A stretch of DNA of 43,842 nucleotides, taken from the NCBI GenBank assembly GCA_049999805.1, contig JBNGIO010004854.1:1-43842 (forward strand), read 5' to 3'. Numbering within the stretch: position 1 is the stretch's first letter; each line of letters begins with the position of its first letter. Below the pieces are notes generated by a model. It saw only the letters and a list, made by a program, of their open reading frames with translations, ran no database searches and was not told the origin of the DNA. This DNA comes from Folioceros fuciformis. Taxonomy: Eukaryota. The position numbers and the translations under genes were made by a program. Shown piece by piece: positions 11,505 through 24,845 of this stretch.

Positions 11505-11972
11505 GTCCTAGCCTACATTCTGAATTGCTCTTTGATTCTCAGTCTACTCCTAATCTTAACAGGAGTCAACGAAGAGCTGAACTCAGAAGAAACAACAAAA
11601 TACTACGAGAAAACCCACCTGAAAATCGATGAGACAATCCACTCTCAGAGATTGCAAGCTTACGCACTAAAATTGATGAGAGATTTGCTGTTCAAGAACT
11701 AGCTATAGCAGGACTTCACGCGAGAAGTTCATCATTTGAAGCTGCAATTTTACACCTAGTTCAGCGTGTTGAAAACCACATCCCTGCATTTACAGATTAC
11801 CTTGCTGACGTTGGGTGAGCAGTGATCTGTCTTGCTGCCTTTCAAGGATTGACTCTGAACACTTGGCCAGCAGTGTTTCAAGGCTTGGATTCTGTGTCTG
11901 CAAGATTGGGTGCTCCCCTAACAACAAGAGATCCACTGCTAGATCTCACTCCACAACGAGAGAGACAGGCAT

Positions 11973-12072
11973 NNNNNNNNNNNNNNNNNNNNNNNNNNNN
12001 NNNNNNNNNNNNNNNNNNNNNNNNNNNNNNNNNNNNNNNNNNNNNNNNNNNNNNNNNNNNNNNNNNNNNNNN
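11973..12072. other. Assembly gap (100 N)
   Basis: Run of N. Confidence 1.
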
Positions 12073-12346
12073 AAAGTAACGTTTCATATCATTTCTAGCA
12101 TGAATAGGTTTCTAACCTAATGAAGTGTTATGTGCTGTAACTTACCGGTTCGCTTCACAATTGTTCATGTCTAGTCATTTTTTGCTAGATTTAGGAAGTG
12201 AGGTTGACGAGTCTTCAGACACAAAGGCTGATTTTCTACAGTCACTTGCAGCACAGTTTCAAGTATTCATAGTGCCTGCATACCTGCAACAGCAGATGTC
12301 ACTACCTCCTCTGGTGGGACTAACACCCTCTATAGGAATTGTTAAC

Positions 12347-14561
12347 ATGGCTAATAATCCAACAACATCTTTTGGCTCTTCCTACTCAGGAGAGTTCAAA
12401 GAGAAGGACATGTTTGATGGTAAACCTGCCCGGTTTGAAAGCTGGAAAGCAAGAATGAAAGCAAACCTCAATGCCAGGGATGTATGGGAGTTCGTCGATG
12501 GGACAATTCCCAACCCTGCTTCCATTCCAGCCACGACACAGAATCAGCCTACATCAAACGATATTGCTAAGTGGAAGAAAGGGCAATAAGATAGCATTTG
12601 CCATCTTACTTTCAGGCCTGGATGAGACTACTGTCTCCGAAGTTGATTTCCTGGAATCAGCAGCAGCTGTCTTGACTCAACTTGTTGACACATACTAGGT
12701 GCAGAATGTTTGTACCTTTATCCACGTTAGGAGTGACTTTCACAGTCTGCGGATGAAGGAAGGGGATCCAGTTGGAGCCTATGTCACAAAGTTGAGGTAC
12801 TTGCGGGCATAGCTTGCCGCGCTTGGGGCCAAGACGACTGACGTGGAGATGGTAGCTCAACTGTTGACCGGCCTTCCTCCTTCCTATCAGACATTTATAT
12901 CAAGTTAGAACACAGCACTTCATGTTGCCTATCAAGCAGCTGCCAGTGGTCAACCAACTACATTGAACTTGAATGCTGTCATTAGAGCATTCATGCAAGA
13001 AGAGCAGAGTTGTCACAAGCCAGGTGGCTCTCGCCTTCGTGGTGAGAAGGTCCTTTTTGCAGCTGAGGGCAAAGGACCTTGGAAGGGGAAGGGTAAAAAG
13101 GGAAACTCACCTCAACACTCGACCTTCGCTCCAGTCACTACAAAAAAGCAAGGCAATTGCCACTAGTGTCAGACTCCAGGACACTAGGAAAGGGATTGTC
13201 GGAAAAAGAAAGCAAGTGAAGCCAAGAAGGACAGCACACCTGAGGCACATGTCACCTCAAAGGACAAATCCAATTTTCCGAATCACCAAAACCACAAAAG
13301 TAGCAGCTCAGTTGTGACATTGTGCTTAACTTCTTACAGAGGAACATCTTCCTCTTGGTTTGTTGATTCAGGTGCTACAGCGCATGTCTGCAACAACAGG
13401 CAGCTCTTTTCAACCTTCCACAGACAGAAATCTCCACAATCAGTGTACGTTGGGGACTCAAGAGGTGTGGAGGTAAAAGGCTGTGGTGTTGTGTTCATAC
13501 CTTTGTTTGGTGGTGCATCCTTACGTCTTGAAGATGTGTTGTACGTACCTGATATGAGCAAAAACTTGCTATCTATTAGGGTTGTGGCATAGAGTCAGCA
13601 GTATAGCGGACAGAAAGTGTTATATCTACAATCTCTTTGATCCTCATGACTACGTTGCTAAAGCCATCCTAGTCAATGATCTGTACCAGTTGGTCACAGT
13701 TTCTAAGCATCATGCTAGGGCACTAGTTGCTGCATCCTATGCACAAGCTAACCTCTGGCATGCGAGGTTAGGTCATGTCAACAAGTTTAAGCTAGATGTC
13801 ATGGCCAACTCAAGTCTGTATAGGGAAAAACTGCCCTCCTACTTCAAGCACCTAGAAGCCTGCAGCTCTTGTATTCTATCTAAGCAGAAAGAGCTGCCCT
13901 TTAAAAATAAAGCACCCAATCGTGCTAAGGAAGTGCTTGAACTTATCCATGCTGATATCGCTGGGAGGATCCAAGTCAAGTTGTTAGGAGGTGCAGAATA
14001 CTACCTAACATTGACAGATGATTTCACATGATATACATGGACATTTCCTATCAAGCAAAAAAGTGATGTATATGAACAAATAGCTTCCTGGATTCCCATG
14101 GTTCAGTGCCAAACAGGGTATTTGGTCAAGTGTTTTCAAACTGACAATGGAGGCGAGTTCACTGGCCACAGATTTGATGATCTCTTTCAGCAGTTTGGAA
14201 TCATCAGACAGCTGCCAGTGCGCTACACACAACAGCAAAACGAAGTCGTTGAGAGGAAGAATCAAACAATCATGGGGATGACCAGAAGCATGTTATCTTA
14301 CTCAGGACTGTCAAAGAGGTATTGGGCAGAAGCAGCAGTAACTGCTACTTACATTTTGAATAGAGTTGTGACCTCTGCCCTGCTAGGGAAAACACCCTAT
14401 GAAGCATTCTGGGGAAGGAAGCCAAGTTCGTTACACCTTAAGGTTTTTGGATCTCCTGCCTTTGCCTTCATACCAGAGGCCAAAAGACGAAAGTTAGACG
14501 ATAGAGCTAAGCGGCTGGGCTTTATTGGCTACTCTGAAGAGTCCAAGGCGTACAAACTTTA
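12347..14561 (+). mobile_element. Ty1/Copia element D gag-protease-integrase (pseudogenised)
   Basis: FESWKARMKANL..DVWEFVDG (UBN2 gag), degenerate CxxC..GH...C knuckle, WFVDSGATAHV, LWHARLGHVN, LELIHADIAG, TDNGGEF, QQNEVVERKN, WAEAAVTATYILNR, KLDDRA..GFIGYSEESKAYKLY. Confidence 0.95.
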
Positions 14562-14858
14562 TGAGGCAAGGAGGAGAGGAGAAAGAGAGGTCTCACAATG
14601 TCTCTCACAGCTCTATTGCAAAGGGAGCTCAAGAGGGTATTTATACCCTCTAGAAAAGCTCCCAAGGAAGCTTCACAAGAAGCTCACAGGAAGCTATGCA
14701 GGAAGCTTCCTAAAGATTAGCTTAAGCTAATCTAAACTAATGATACTTAATTAGACACTAATCTTAGACTAATTACATTAGTCTAGTTAAACTAATCACA
14801 TTAGTTTAATTAGACTAATCACATTAGTCTAAGCACATTGGGCTTTAATAACCCTACA
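14562..14858 (-). mobile_element. Truncated LTR inserted in element D
   Basis: Minus strand starts TGTAGGG, has AT-rich ACTAAT/ATTAGT repeats and TATAAATA followed by a CT-rich leader; no matching TSD found. Confidence 0.65.
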
Positions 14859-15240
14859 CAATGCTAGAGACTTATCTCCACTAGGGCCATTGCTCAAGGA
14901 CATGGTTCCTGCTGATGTTGCCTTTCATTATCCTCAGTCTGACGGAGAGTCACCAGATGACAATTTTCATGCAGCTGTGGATGAGCTTCTACAACCTGGC
15001 GCACAATCTGGTGCACAGCTGGTTGTACCACCAGTTGTCCCAGCTGATCTACCTAAATAGCCTCTTCACCAGAATCCTGTTCAACCTGAACAACACAATG
15101 AAGATGATCAGCATGTTGCTCTAGGACCTGCTGAACAGAACAACCTTGATGAACACAATGTTGATGCACATCTGTATGAGTTTGACTTGGATGCAGGTAC
15201 TCACATTGATGTTGGCTCCAGCGTTGCACCCTTTTTCAAC
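14859..15240 (+). mobile_element. Probable Copia integrase-RT linker remnant
   Basis: Nearly open acidic/Pro/Gln-rich frame (..HYPQSDGESPDDNFHAAVDELLQP..) in the position expected after the integrase of D. Confidence 0.45.
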
Positions 15241-15880
15241 CAAAACAAACCACTACCCCAAACTTTGGAGGTTCACACAAGTGTTGAAGAGGTCGCCGGG
15301 ACTTTGATGGCAATTGCTTGCTGACTGGCACTAAACTGCTCATAACTTGGTGGCAGTGAAGCGAGGAGTTGAATTGCTGCCCTGTCTTCAGGCACAAAAA
15401 CTCCACAAGATGCCAGCTTGGCTCTGGCTGCACAAAACCTCAAGACATGGCTCTCAACAGAATCTGTCTCCTTCATGCGGAGTGTCTAGAAATGTAAGGT
15501 TGCTGCAACTTTCGTCATTATATCCTTAGATTCATAAGTATCGCCTAACAATGTCCATGCTTCATTTGATGTACTCGTCAGCTTGATGTGAGGGATCATA
15601 TCTTGGGACACTGAAGACACAAGGATTGAGCGTGCCTTCCTGTCCTTCGACTGCCACTCCTTTGCTTGCTTTGCTGTCCAGGTGGGTACAGTCCCTCCTG
15701 GTGTTGCTGGCCCTGATGGTTGACCAACAATTCTCTGTGGATTGGTGCCGTCCACCACATCCATGAGTAACTTCTCTTCGAGAATACAGCGAAGCAAAAA
15801 CTCTAGTTGTCATAATTGGAAGGAGTCAAGCGATCCTTCTCCTGGAGTCGGTCAGAACCATCTGACCTTGTTCCAGCCAT
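15240..15880 (-). mobile_element. Ty1/Copia element E gag (UBN2), degenerate and truncated
   Basis: ATG at 15880 (MAGTRSDGSDRLQEKDRLTPSNYDN*), LLMDVVDG, WQSKDRKARSILVSSVS, EAWTLLGDTYE, LLASLPPSYEQF. Confidence 0.88.
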
Positions 15881-16461
15881 TACTGCTGGAAATCAAGGGA
15901 GTATTGTGGGACAGGAACATCAGACCCGAGCTGATGTCAAATCTCTCTAATTTCCTTGGCATGTCTCTTGACCTCTAGCTCTTGAGTAACGGATGTGAAT
16001 TTTCCTAACTCTCCAATTTTCTCTAGCCTATCAAGTCTGTCAATGGCGTTGTCTATCTTGCTGGACAGTTCAACCACCCTAGCATTCTGGCTATTGAAGG
16101 CAGCAATAAATAGATCGGCCTGAGCACAATGGGTAGGGGGTGACCTACATTGCTCCTCTTGAACAGAAGCTAGTGACAATTTTCCTGTCCTGTTGAAGGT
16201 ACTTGACACAGGTGGAGACTCAGGCTGATAGAACTCTAGAGGGAAGGAATCAATGAACTGTTGTAAGAAACAAACCCTCTCAATTTGCTTGACTTGTGGA
16301 ATATTCTGCTTGAAGTAGAGGCGCTCAAAAGCCTCCTGGAAATCCACGTCCCTCAGAGTAGCTTGAGTCCTCACCTTATCATGCTTGCCACTTAGGTTGT
16401 CCACAAATGAGTGCCTGCAAAATTCCTTGCGAGGCATCCTGCTGTCGGCCTCATCAGCCAC
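15880..16461 (-). pseudogene. Extra ORF between the PBS and gag of element E, coiled-coil-like, with one premature stop
   Basis: 174-codon ORF; reading through the TGA at 15937-15939, the frame ends at TAA 15882-15880, which overlaps the gag ATG. Confidence 0.55.
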
Positions 16462-16572
16462 CGACCAGGACCAATCTTTAAAAGAAACCGTGCTGCCACT
16501 TAATTATTTCCATTTGGAGGCAGAGGAAAAATTGGAGAGTCAGGAGCAATGAGCAGGGATGCGGATCATCCT

Positions 16573-16584
16573 GCTCTGATACCA
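16573..16584 (-). promoter_or_regulatory. Primer binding site complementary to tRNA-iMet
   Basis: Minus strand TGGTATCAGAGC directly after the LTR end ...TTTTCA. Confidence 0.95.
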
Positions 16585-16781
16585 TGAAAACATTCGTGGA
16601 TCACGAGATGTGCCAAGCTAACACATAAAAAGCATACATTGATAATGATGGAAAGACACAAATAGGAGTAACCCGTAAAAAACGGTTACAACGGTTCATA
16701 GCTGTTCTTAAATAACTAAACTAAATAACCTACTCGGTATAACGTAATGTACAGTATATGTTAAACCATAAAACTCTAACA
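16585..16781 (-). mobile_element. 5' LTR of element E (about 200 bp)
   Basis: Minus strand TGTTAGAG...TTTTCA adjoining the PBS; AT-rich; outer boundary inferred. Confidence 0.7.
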
Positions 16782-16944
16782 ACAACCATTCACAAGGGAA
16801 GCAACTTGCAGGGGTGCCCATGGAAGAATATGAGCCCTCCGCTAAGCACTTCGACCACTGCAACTCTAGCCGGTTTAACCGCTAACTAAGGCTACATAAA
16901 ACGAGCTCACAATAATGATAAATCAATCTTTCTTTTCCTTGCTA

Positions 16945-17430
16945 TAGGTTTCTAAAGTTAGTGGGACATTGTGATTCTGATTGGGCATGAGATGTTGATA
17001 GTCGAAAGTCTACAACTAGATACGTGTTTTTATTGAATGGAGGAGCTACTTCTTGGAATAGTAGGAGACAACATATTGTTGCTTTGTCTTCTACCGAAGT
17101 AGAGTACATGGCAATATGCTCTGCAGCCATGGAAGCAATATTGTTGCATGGTCTATTAGAAGAGTTGGGCTTCGAATAAAGTGACCCGATAACAATCTTC
17201 AATGACAATCAAGGTTGCGTCTTCTTAACCAAGAATACTATATTTCATGTAAAGACAAAACACATTGAGGTAAAGCATCACTTCATTAGGGGGAAGCTGA
17301 GATCAAAGGAAATACAAGTGGAGTATCTTCCAATAGAAGGCACGTTGACAGATATCTTGATTAAAGGCTTGAGTTTAGATAAGCATGCTAGGTTTAACAA
17401 GATGCTTGGTTTAACAAGATGCTTGGTTTA
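16945..17430 (+). mobile_element. Ty1/Copia element F RNase H remnant (AT-rich, older)
   Basis: Translates to DVDSRKSTTRYVF..GGATSWNSRRQ..VALSSTEVEY, DNQG, FHVKTKHIEVKHHFIR, TDILIKGL; 17-bp duplication at 17391-17430. Confidence 0.9.
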
Positions 17431-17452
17431 AGGGAATAGTTTTTGAAGTGTT

Positions 17453-17736
17453 GAGTGGGAGTATTAGAAATGAATAGTTTAGGATAACAAATCAGATAGT
17501 GGTAAAAAACTTTATTTGTAGTTCAAGTAAAATTATTACTATAGAATAGATAGTATTTAAGATAGTAACATGGTTTTAAGGGGTTATATATAAGGGGTTA
17601 TGGCCGCACTCTATAGTGTAGTGGTAAATAGATAAGCATAGGTGTTTGAGATGATGAGCTCTCACATGTTTTCGGCCGTCCCATGTCTTGTAAAATATTT
17701 TCTCTCAATACAGGCTATATCTGTATGTTTCTAACA
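17453..17736 (+). mobile_element. PPT (17453-17461) and 3' LTR (17462-17736) of element F
   Basis: GAGTGGGAG then TATTAGAAA...TTTCTAACA, a 9-bp inverted repeat with one G>A change; internal TATATAA. Confidence 0.82.
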
Positions 17737-17849
17737 GGGATTGCCGGGTCTGGGACGTCTAAGGGGGGGCCCAAGCTGTTTCCCGGTGTGGAGGGGGATA
17801 TGGAAAGGCGATTCCTGGCTAAAAGCTTTCCGGTGCCCTTGCTCAACAG

Positions 17850-18158
17850 GTGATTGTTGTGCCCGGAGAGGTCATCGTGATTAGCACAGGCCACAGAAAT
17901 TTTCATTCTAGTACTAATGCTACTGGCCACAGCGCCAATTTCATCAACCCCCTGGAGCTCAGAATACTCAAGAGAGGAGCATTCGAAGCGTTGGCCGACT
18001 GCTCCATCGCCTACGCCGGAAGCTGTGGTCAGTACAAAGTACCACGTTCTTTGAAGCAATACAAGATGATCCAACTGCTCAACGGCTTGGTGTGCCAGGT
18101 CCATTTTAGTATCACCCAACCGGAGGTCACCCTCACCCACAAGGCGATCATAGTCTAA
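17850..18158 (+). pseudogene. Orphan terminal exon, possibly cupin/JmjC-like
   Basis: Preceded by an acceptor-like CCCTTGCTCAACAG; 102 open codons starting VIVVPGEVIVISTG...SANF; no upstream exons visible. Confidence 0.35.
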
Positions 18159-18333
18159 CAGAAATCCATCTTATGTCGTACAACGGACAGACAGTTCATG
18201 GATCCAGGAATACTTTACAGTCTTTTAATGCGAGGACAAGATTTCAAGCAAAAGTAAGGATGAACTTCCGAAACGCATGTTCTAACCCCATACGTCTCAC
18301 TCTGCTCCACACCAAAGATGTGGGGAAGGACAC

Positions 18334-20997
<2,664 letters not shown>

Positions 20998-22022
20998 TTC
21001 AAGGACTGTGAATCAGAAGCCAAGCAGGCCAGGCCACGCAAGGCCAGGCGAGGGAAGCTCTTGGGCGGGGGAAATGAAAATGCTGTCACAAGCTCATGTG
21101 TCCAGCCCACATCCAGCAAATGGCAGACGGCTTCAGATTTGGGTTGTAGATAGAGCTCAGAAGAATTGGAGCTGGAGGAGCTCCCCAAGAGATTCTGAGC
21201 AGGGCAGGGTGATTCCTCCAGCCTATACAAAGCTGCACTAAAAGCTGAAGCAGCCAGGGCCGGTAATATGTGAGAGATATCTGCCATCAGGCAGAGAGCT
21301 TGACAATGCAAGAGAGAGGCGGAATCTGAATTTTGGCAGCCGAGGAGGGAGGAAGGACGTTACCCCGTCCACCTGCCCAGCTAGCTATGACACAAACACC
21401 ACTTTGCGCTGGGATTTGGCCAAAAACGGAATGTTCCACAATCATGGGAACTGGGCGAACAACGCGAAGCCCTCGCATCCTGCTGGCTTTTGTATTCGCC
21501 CTTCACCATTCCAGGTAAAGAAATCAGATTCCTCGACGATTTGGAAGGACTGATGAAACTTTTGAGGCCAACAGACGGGACAGAAGTTTTGCACGAGGTT
21601 AGCTGTCGGCAATCACATTACACCATGACCCCCCAGACCCAGATACCGCTTTACTTGTACATACAGTACTCGACAGACTGTCTAAACAGGAGGAGACAAA
21701 TTCCCAACACATGGTAGCTCACAGCGAATGCGAAGGCCAGCCACCTCTTGCCCTTCGATCCTCAAGAGGGCGGCCCCGCAGGAGCCATGCTACGCTGCGA
21801 CTCGTAGCAGTTGGGATTTCTAATTTTCAAACAGATGTGACTTCAAAACTGGAGGCTCAGGGCCAGACTATTCCCAGTGCGCTGGGAGGGCCTGGCACAG
21901 GGCTGGTACGGAAAGCCCAGCACCGGGTCTCCTGCCCAGCCTTCGCTTTAGTAGAGTTGTCACTGCCGTTGTAAAACTGGAGGAGAAGAGGGAGCAATTT
22001 GGTGACGGCATTTGTTCGAAAT

Positions 22023-22129
22023 TTGATTCATTCAAAGTCTGAGGCAAGTGGCTCCCGTGAGATGAGGGAGCCAACGACATTGATTCATTCAAAGTCTGAG
22101 GCAAGTGGCTCCCGTGAGATGGGGGAGCC
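22023..22129 (+). repeat. 50-bp direct repeat x2 (period 57), each copy with a GGCTCCC/GGGAGCC stem
   Basis: Copies at 22023-22072 and 22080-22129 differ by one base. Confidence 0.95.
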
Positions 22130-22792
22130 GTGCGTGATCCTGTGCAGTTGACCTGGCTCCATACGACAAATACTCACAAAGTGCACTCACCTGTTCACTA
22201 TCAAAATGTGGGTGACCCTTGCCTATTTCGGCGTCCGAAAGGGATCCGGTTGAATCTGAGAATGGGCCCACGCTGGTATGGGACCTGGCATCTCGCAGTC
22301 AGTCAGGTTGTCAACAGTAAATCGTGGAAGGCCATACTGTGGATTGTGACAAATGAAAACGTGACCTGAGATCTTGGAAGTCAGTCACAACTTCACATCC
22401 TGTTTGGTGCCAGAAAAACCGTCTGCTAACTCAACATACAGGACACAGTTACATACTCATGAAAAACTGAGAGAAAGGAGGGTAAGGAACATCACGCACC
22501 TCATCGTCGATAAGCTGTCAAATGGGACCACCAGGAACCAGGTGCCTTTGCAACTTAAAAATGTGAGCACCTCAAAGCGGTTCATGGGTATCTCACAAGG
22601 ACCCACAGTTACATGATCGTTTACTGTACAAAGCTCTGCCCAGCCATTCTGACTAACTAGTGTTGCACATCCTACTGCGGGTCCTGGTATTAAGCTAACG
22701 TACATGTACATGCCAAGTGCATCCCTATAAATGTCACATAAATATGAGCACAATCTTTTAGCTGTCTACGTTAGGCATGCAGGTCTCATGAG

Positions 22793-24495
22793 CTAGAGTA
22801 CAAGCGGCTGGTTGAAAAACCGACCTCCAGCTACCCATAACAATCTTCTTAGCAACATTGGTAGTTGCTCAATGTCAACCAACAAGACATCCTGCATCCA
22901 ACCAGGAGCTCTACTTTTTAAACTGCCGAGCGAAACAGGCTTGTACCGCATCACTTTTTGTCCCCCGCTGATATTAGGTGGTTCGTCCCATTCTTCCAGT
23001 CTGAAAGAAAATCCTGGAACAGAGATGCACTTAGCTTGAGAGCCTGTCTTACAAACCGCCAACAGTCATCCAGTTTGGCATCACTCTTTAGAGTCCAACC
23101 TACCTGTGGATTGATGAAAGAAGACCGCATATACTGCCGCGTCCTTTTCACAAGCAGAGAACTCCATGCTTGTTAGCTGCTCCATAAACTCTTTCGCGAG
23201 TTCAAATGCTTTGCTTCCATGTTGCCCTTCACACGATTTAATTCCATTTTGCACTTCCTCTGTATGAGAACCATCGATACAAGTTGGAGGCAATGTCAAT
23301 CTCATGGGGATGATACACTTGCCAGCTGCACTGGAATTAAGCCAAGCGCAATGGACTATGCAATGCAGCTCATGCACCTTCACACCTGGCTCTTAATCAC
23401 CCGCAAATTTCCTACACCTCTCCTCCCACCCTTGGTAACCAAAAAATGTTTCTTGTCAACTTTCGTGGGAAAGACACCTCCACCATACCTTGATTAGGAA
23501 GTGTAGTGTGAACCCTGGCCTCGACAGAATGGCAAGGCTCACAGTCGGGATGTTTTCTTCTTTTCGAACCAACAGCTTCAGAGCCCTTCAGCGTCTGGTT
23601 CTCAGCTTTTGCTTCCTCCAGCTGGCTCTTGGTCTCTCTTAAGTCAACAAGAGCCTCCCTCAAAGTCACTTGCGTTTCCCTGAGCTGCATATTAATGTCC
23701 CAACACTCCTTCGAAAGACGTTCATCTGCAAGCCGCGAGCACAGCAAAGATGTTAGTGCTCATACTCACCTCCTTTCACAAAAGGCACGTCACAAGACGG
23801 TACGGCATTACACCGCAGCATACTTACTCTTGTCACGCTCCCGACTGAGTTCAGAATGAACATCACCTAACATAAACCCATGTCTGCAGCAAAAAGGGGC
23901 GGGTAGCTGTCAGAATAACCCCAGGACTTCTGAAACAAAAACGCACCCCAGTTGGCGTTTTGATCCAGCAACCTGAAAACAGTAGTGCCAAAACTCTTAG
24001 CCATCTGATCCCTTGTGCAACTTCACCTCCAGCCATGGCAGATAAACCATGCATCACCTGCGGGTGCAGACGCGATCATCACCTGTGCAAAGCATCTTGT
24101 CTAGCAGCGGCCTCAGCCTGCGCCTTCCAATGCTCAGCCTGCGCCTTCCAGAACGCCTTCTCATTCTCTAAATGCGCTATATGCGCTTCCGTAGCTGCAC
24201 GACACATCTAGGTTTAGGCAAAGCTCTAGACGGAGCTCCACAAGCCAGGCACCGGAATTATGCAAAAAGTACATGCCTGCAGAACAAAATTCCAACCTCT
24301 GATGAAATCCTTGTATCTTTCACGCTCCTCCCGAAGATCCTTCAGCAGAGATTCCCAACCCTGAGGTCCGACCAGCGCCTGCGCGTCCGTACCACCCTGT
24401 CTCTGTCCAGTTCCAGCTACCTGCCTCTGCTCCGGCTCTTGCCCCTGCCCCTGTCCCTGCCTTTGCCCCTCATCCTTCTGCTGCTCCTGCTCCAT
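22793..24495 (-). CDS. TTN9: TITAN9/Csm1 (monopolin)-like coiled-coil plus RWD-type kinetochore protein; multi-exon, middle exons uncertain
   Basis: Spliced reading LREERERYKDFIR|ATEAHIAHLENE, ELSRERDK|NERLSKE, FMEQLTSMEFS..FFHQSTG|FSFRL..MRYKPVSLGSLKSRAPGWMQDVL resembles the recalled plant TITAN9 C-terminus (H..TG.SFSL...YKP.SLG...AP.WM); exon 1 24495-24297, exon 2 24194-24083, last exon 23013-22793. Confidence 0.75.
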
Positions 24496-24845
24496 CTTGC
24501 TGTTTTCTCCTGCAGCTGGCTGCTGCCGTGAGCAGGCTCGGTCGCACTCCCGACCGGGAGCATTTGGCCTCCCTCTGACCGGTTTCCCGAGTCGGGGGAG
24601 AGACAAGAAAACGACTACATTTTGAAATGTGCTTCCGTTAGAGTTAGGGCAGTCCGTCCGTCTATAGCCAGTTTGTTAAGAAACCAGTTATGTTACCAGG
24701 AGTTCGTCAGCCAGCTGATTTGTGTCTGCTGCACAAAGCTTGCCACGTTGCGAGCAGACTTGGCAGGAAGCGGACAATCAGATTCGGCCTGGAATGGCTT
24801 GCATGACCAGCTTCTTGGAGCTCTGATAAACCTGCCGTGCCAGGG

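Noticed and set aside
22023-22129. CRISPR-like or Helitron-end reading of the hairpin repeats (also considered for 43601-43723)
   Set aside because: Only 2-3 units, no unique spacers, eukaryotic context, no cas genes and no CTRR terminus at the expected distance
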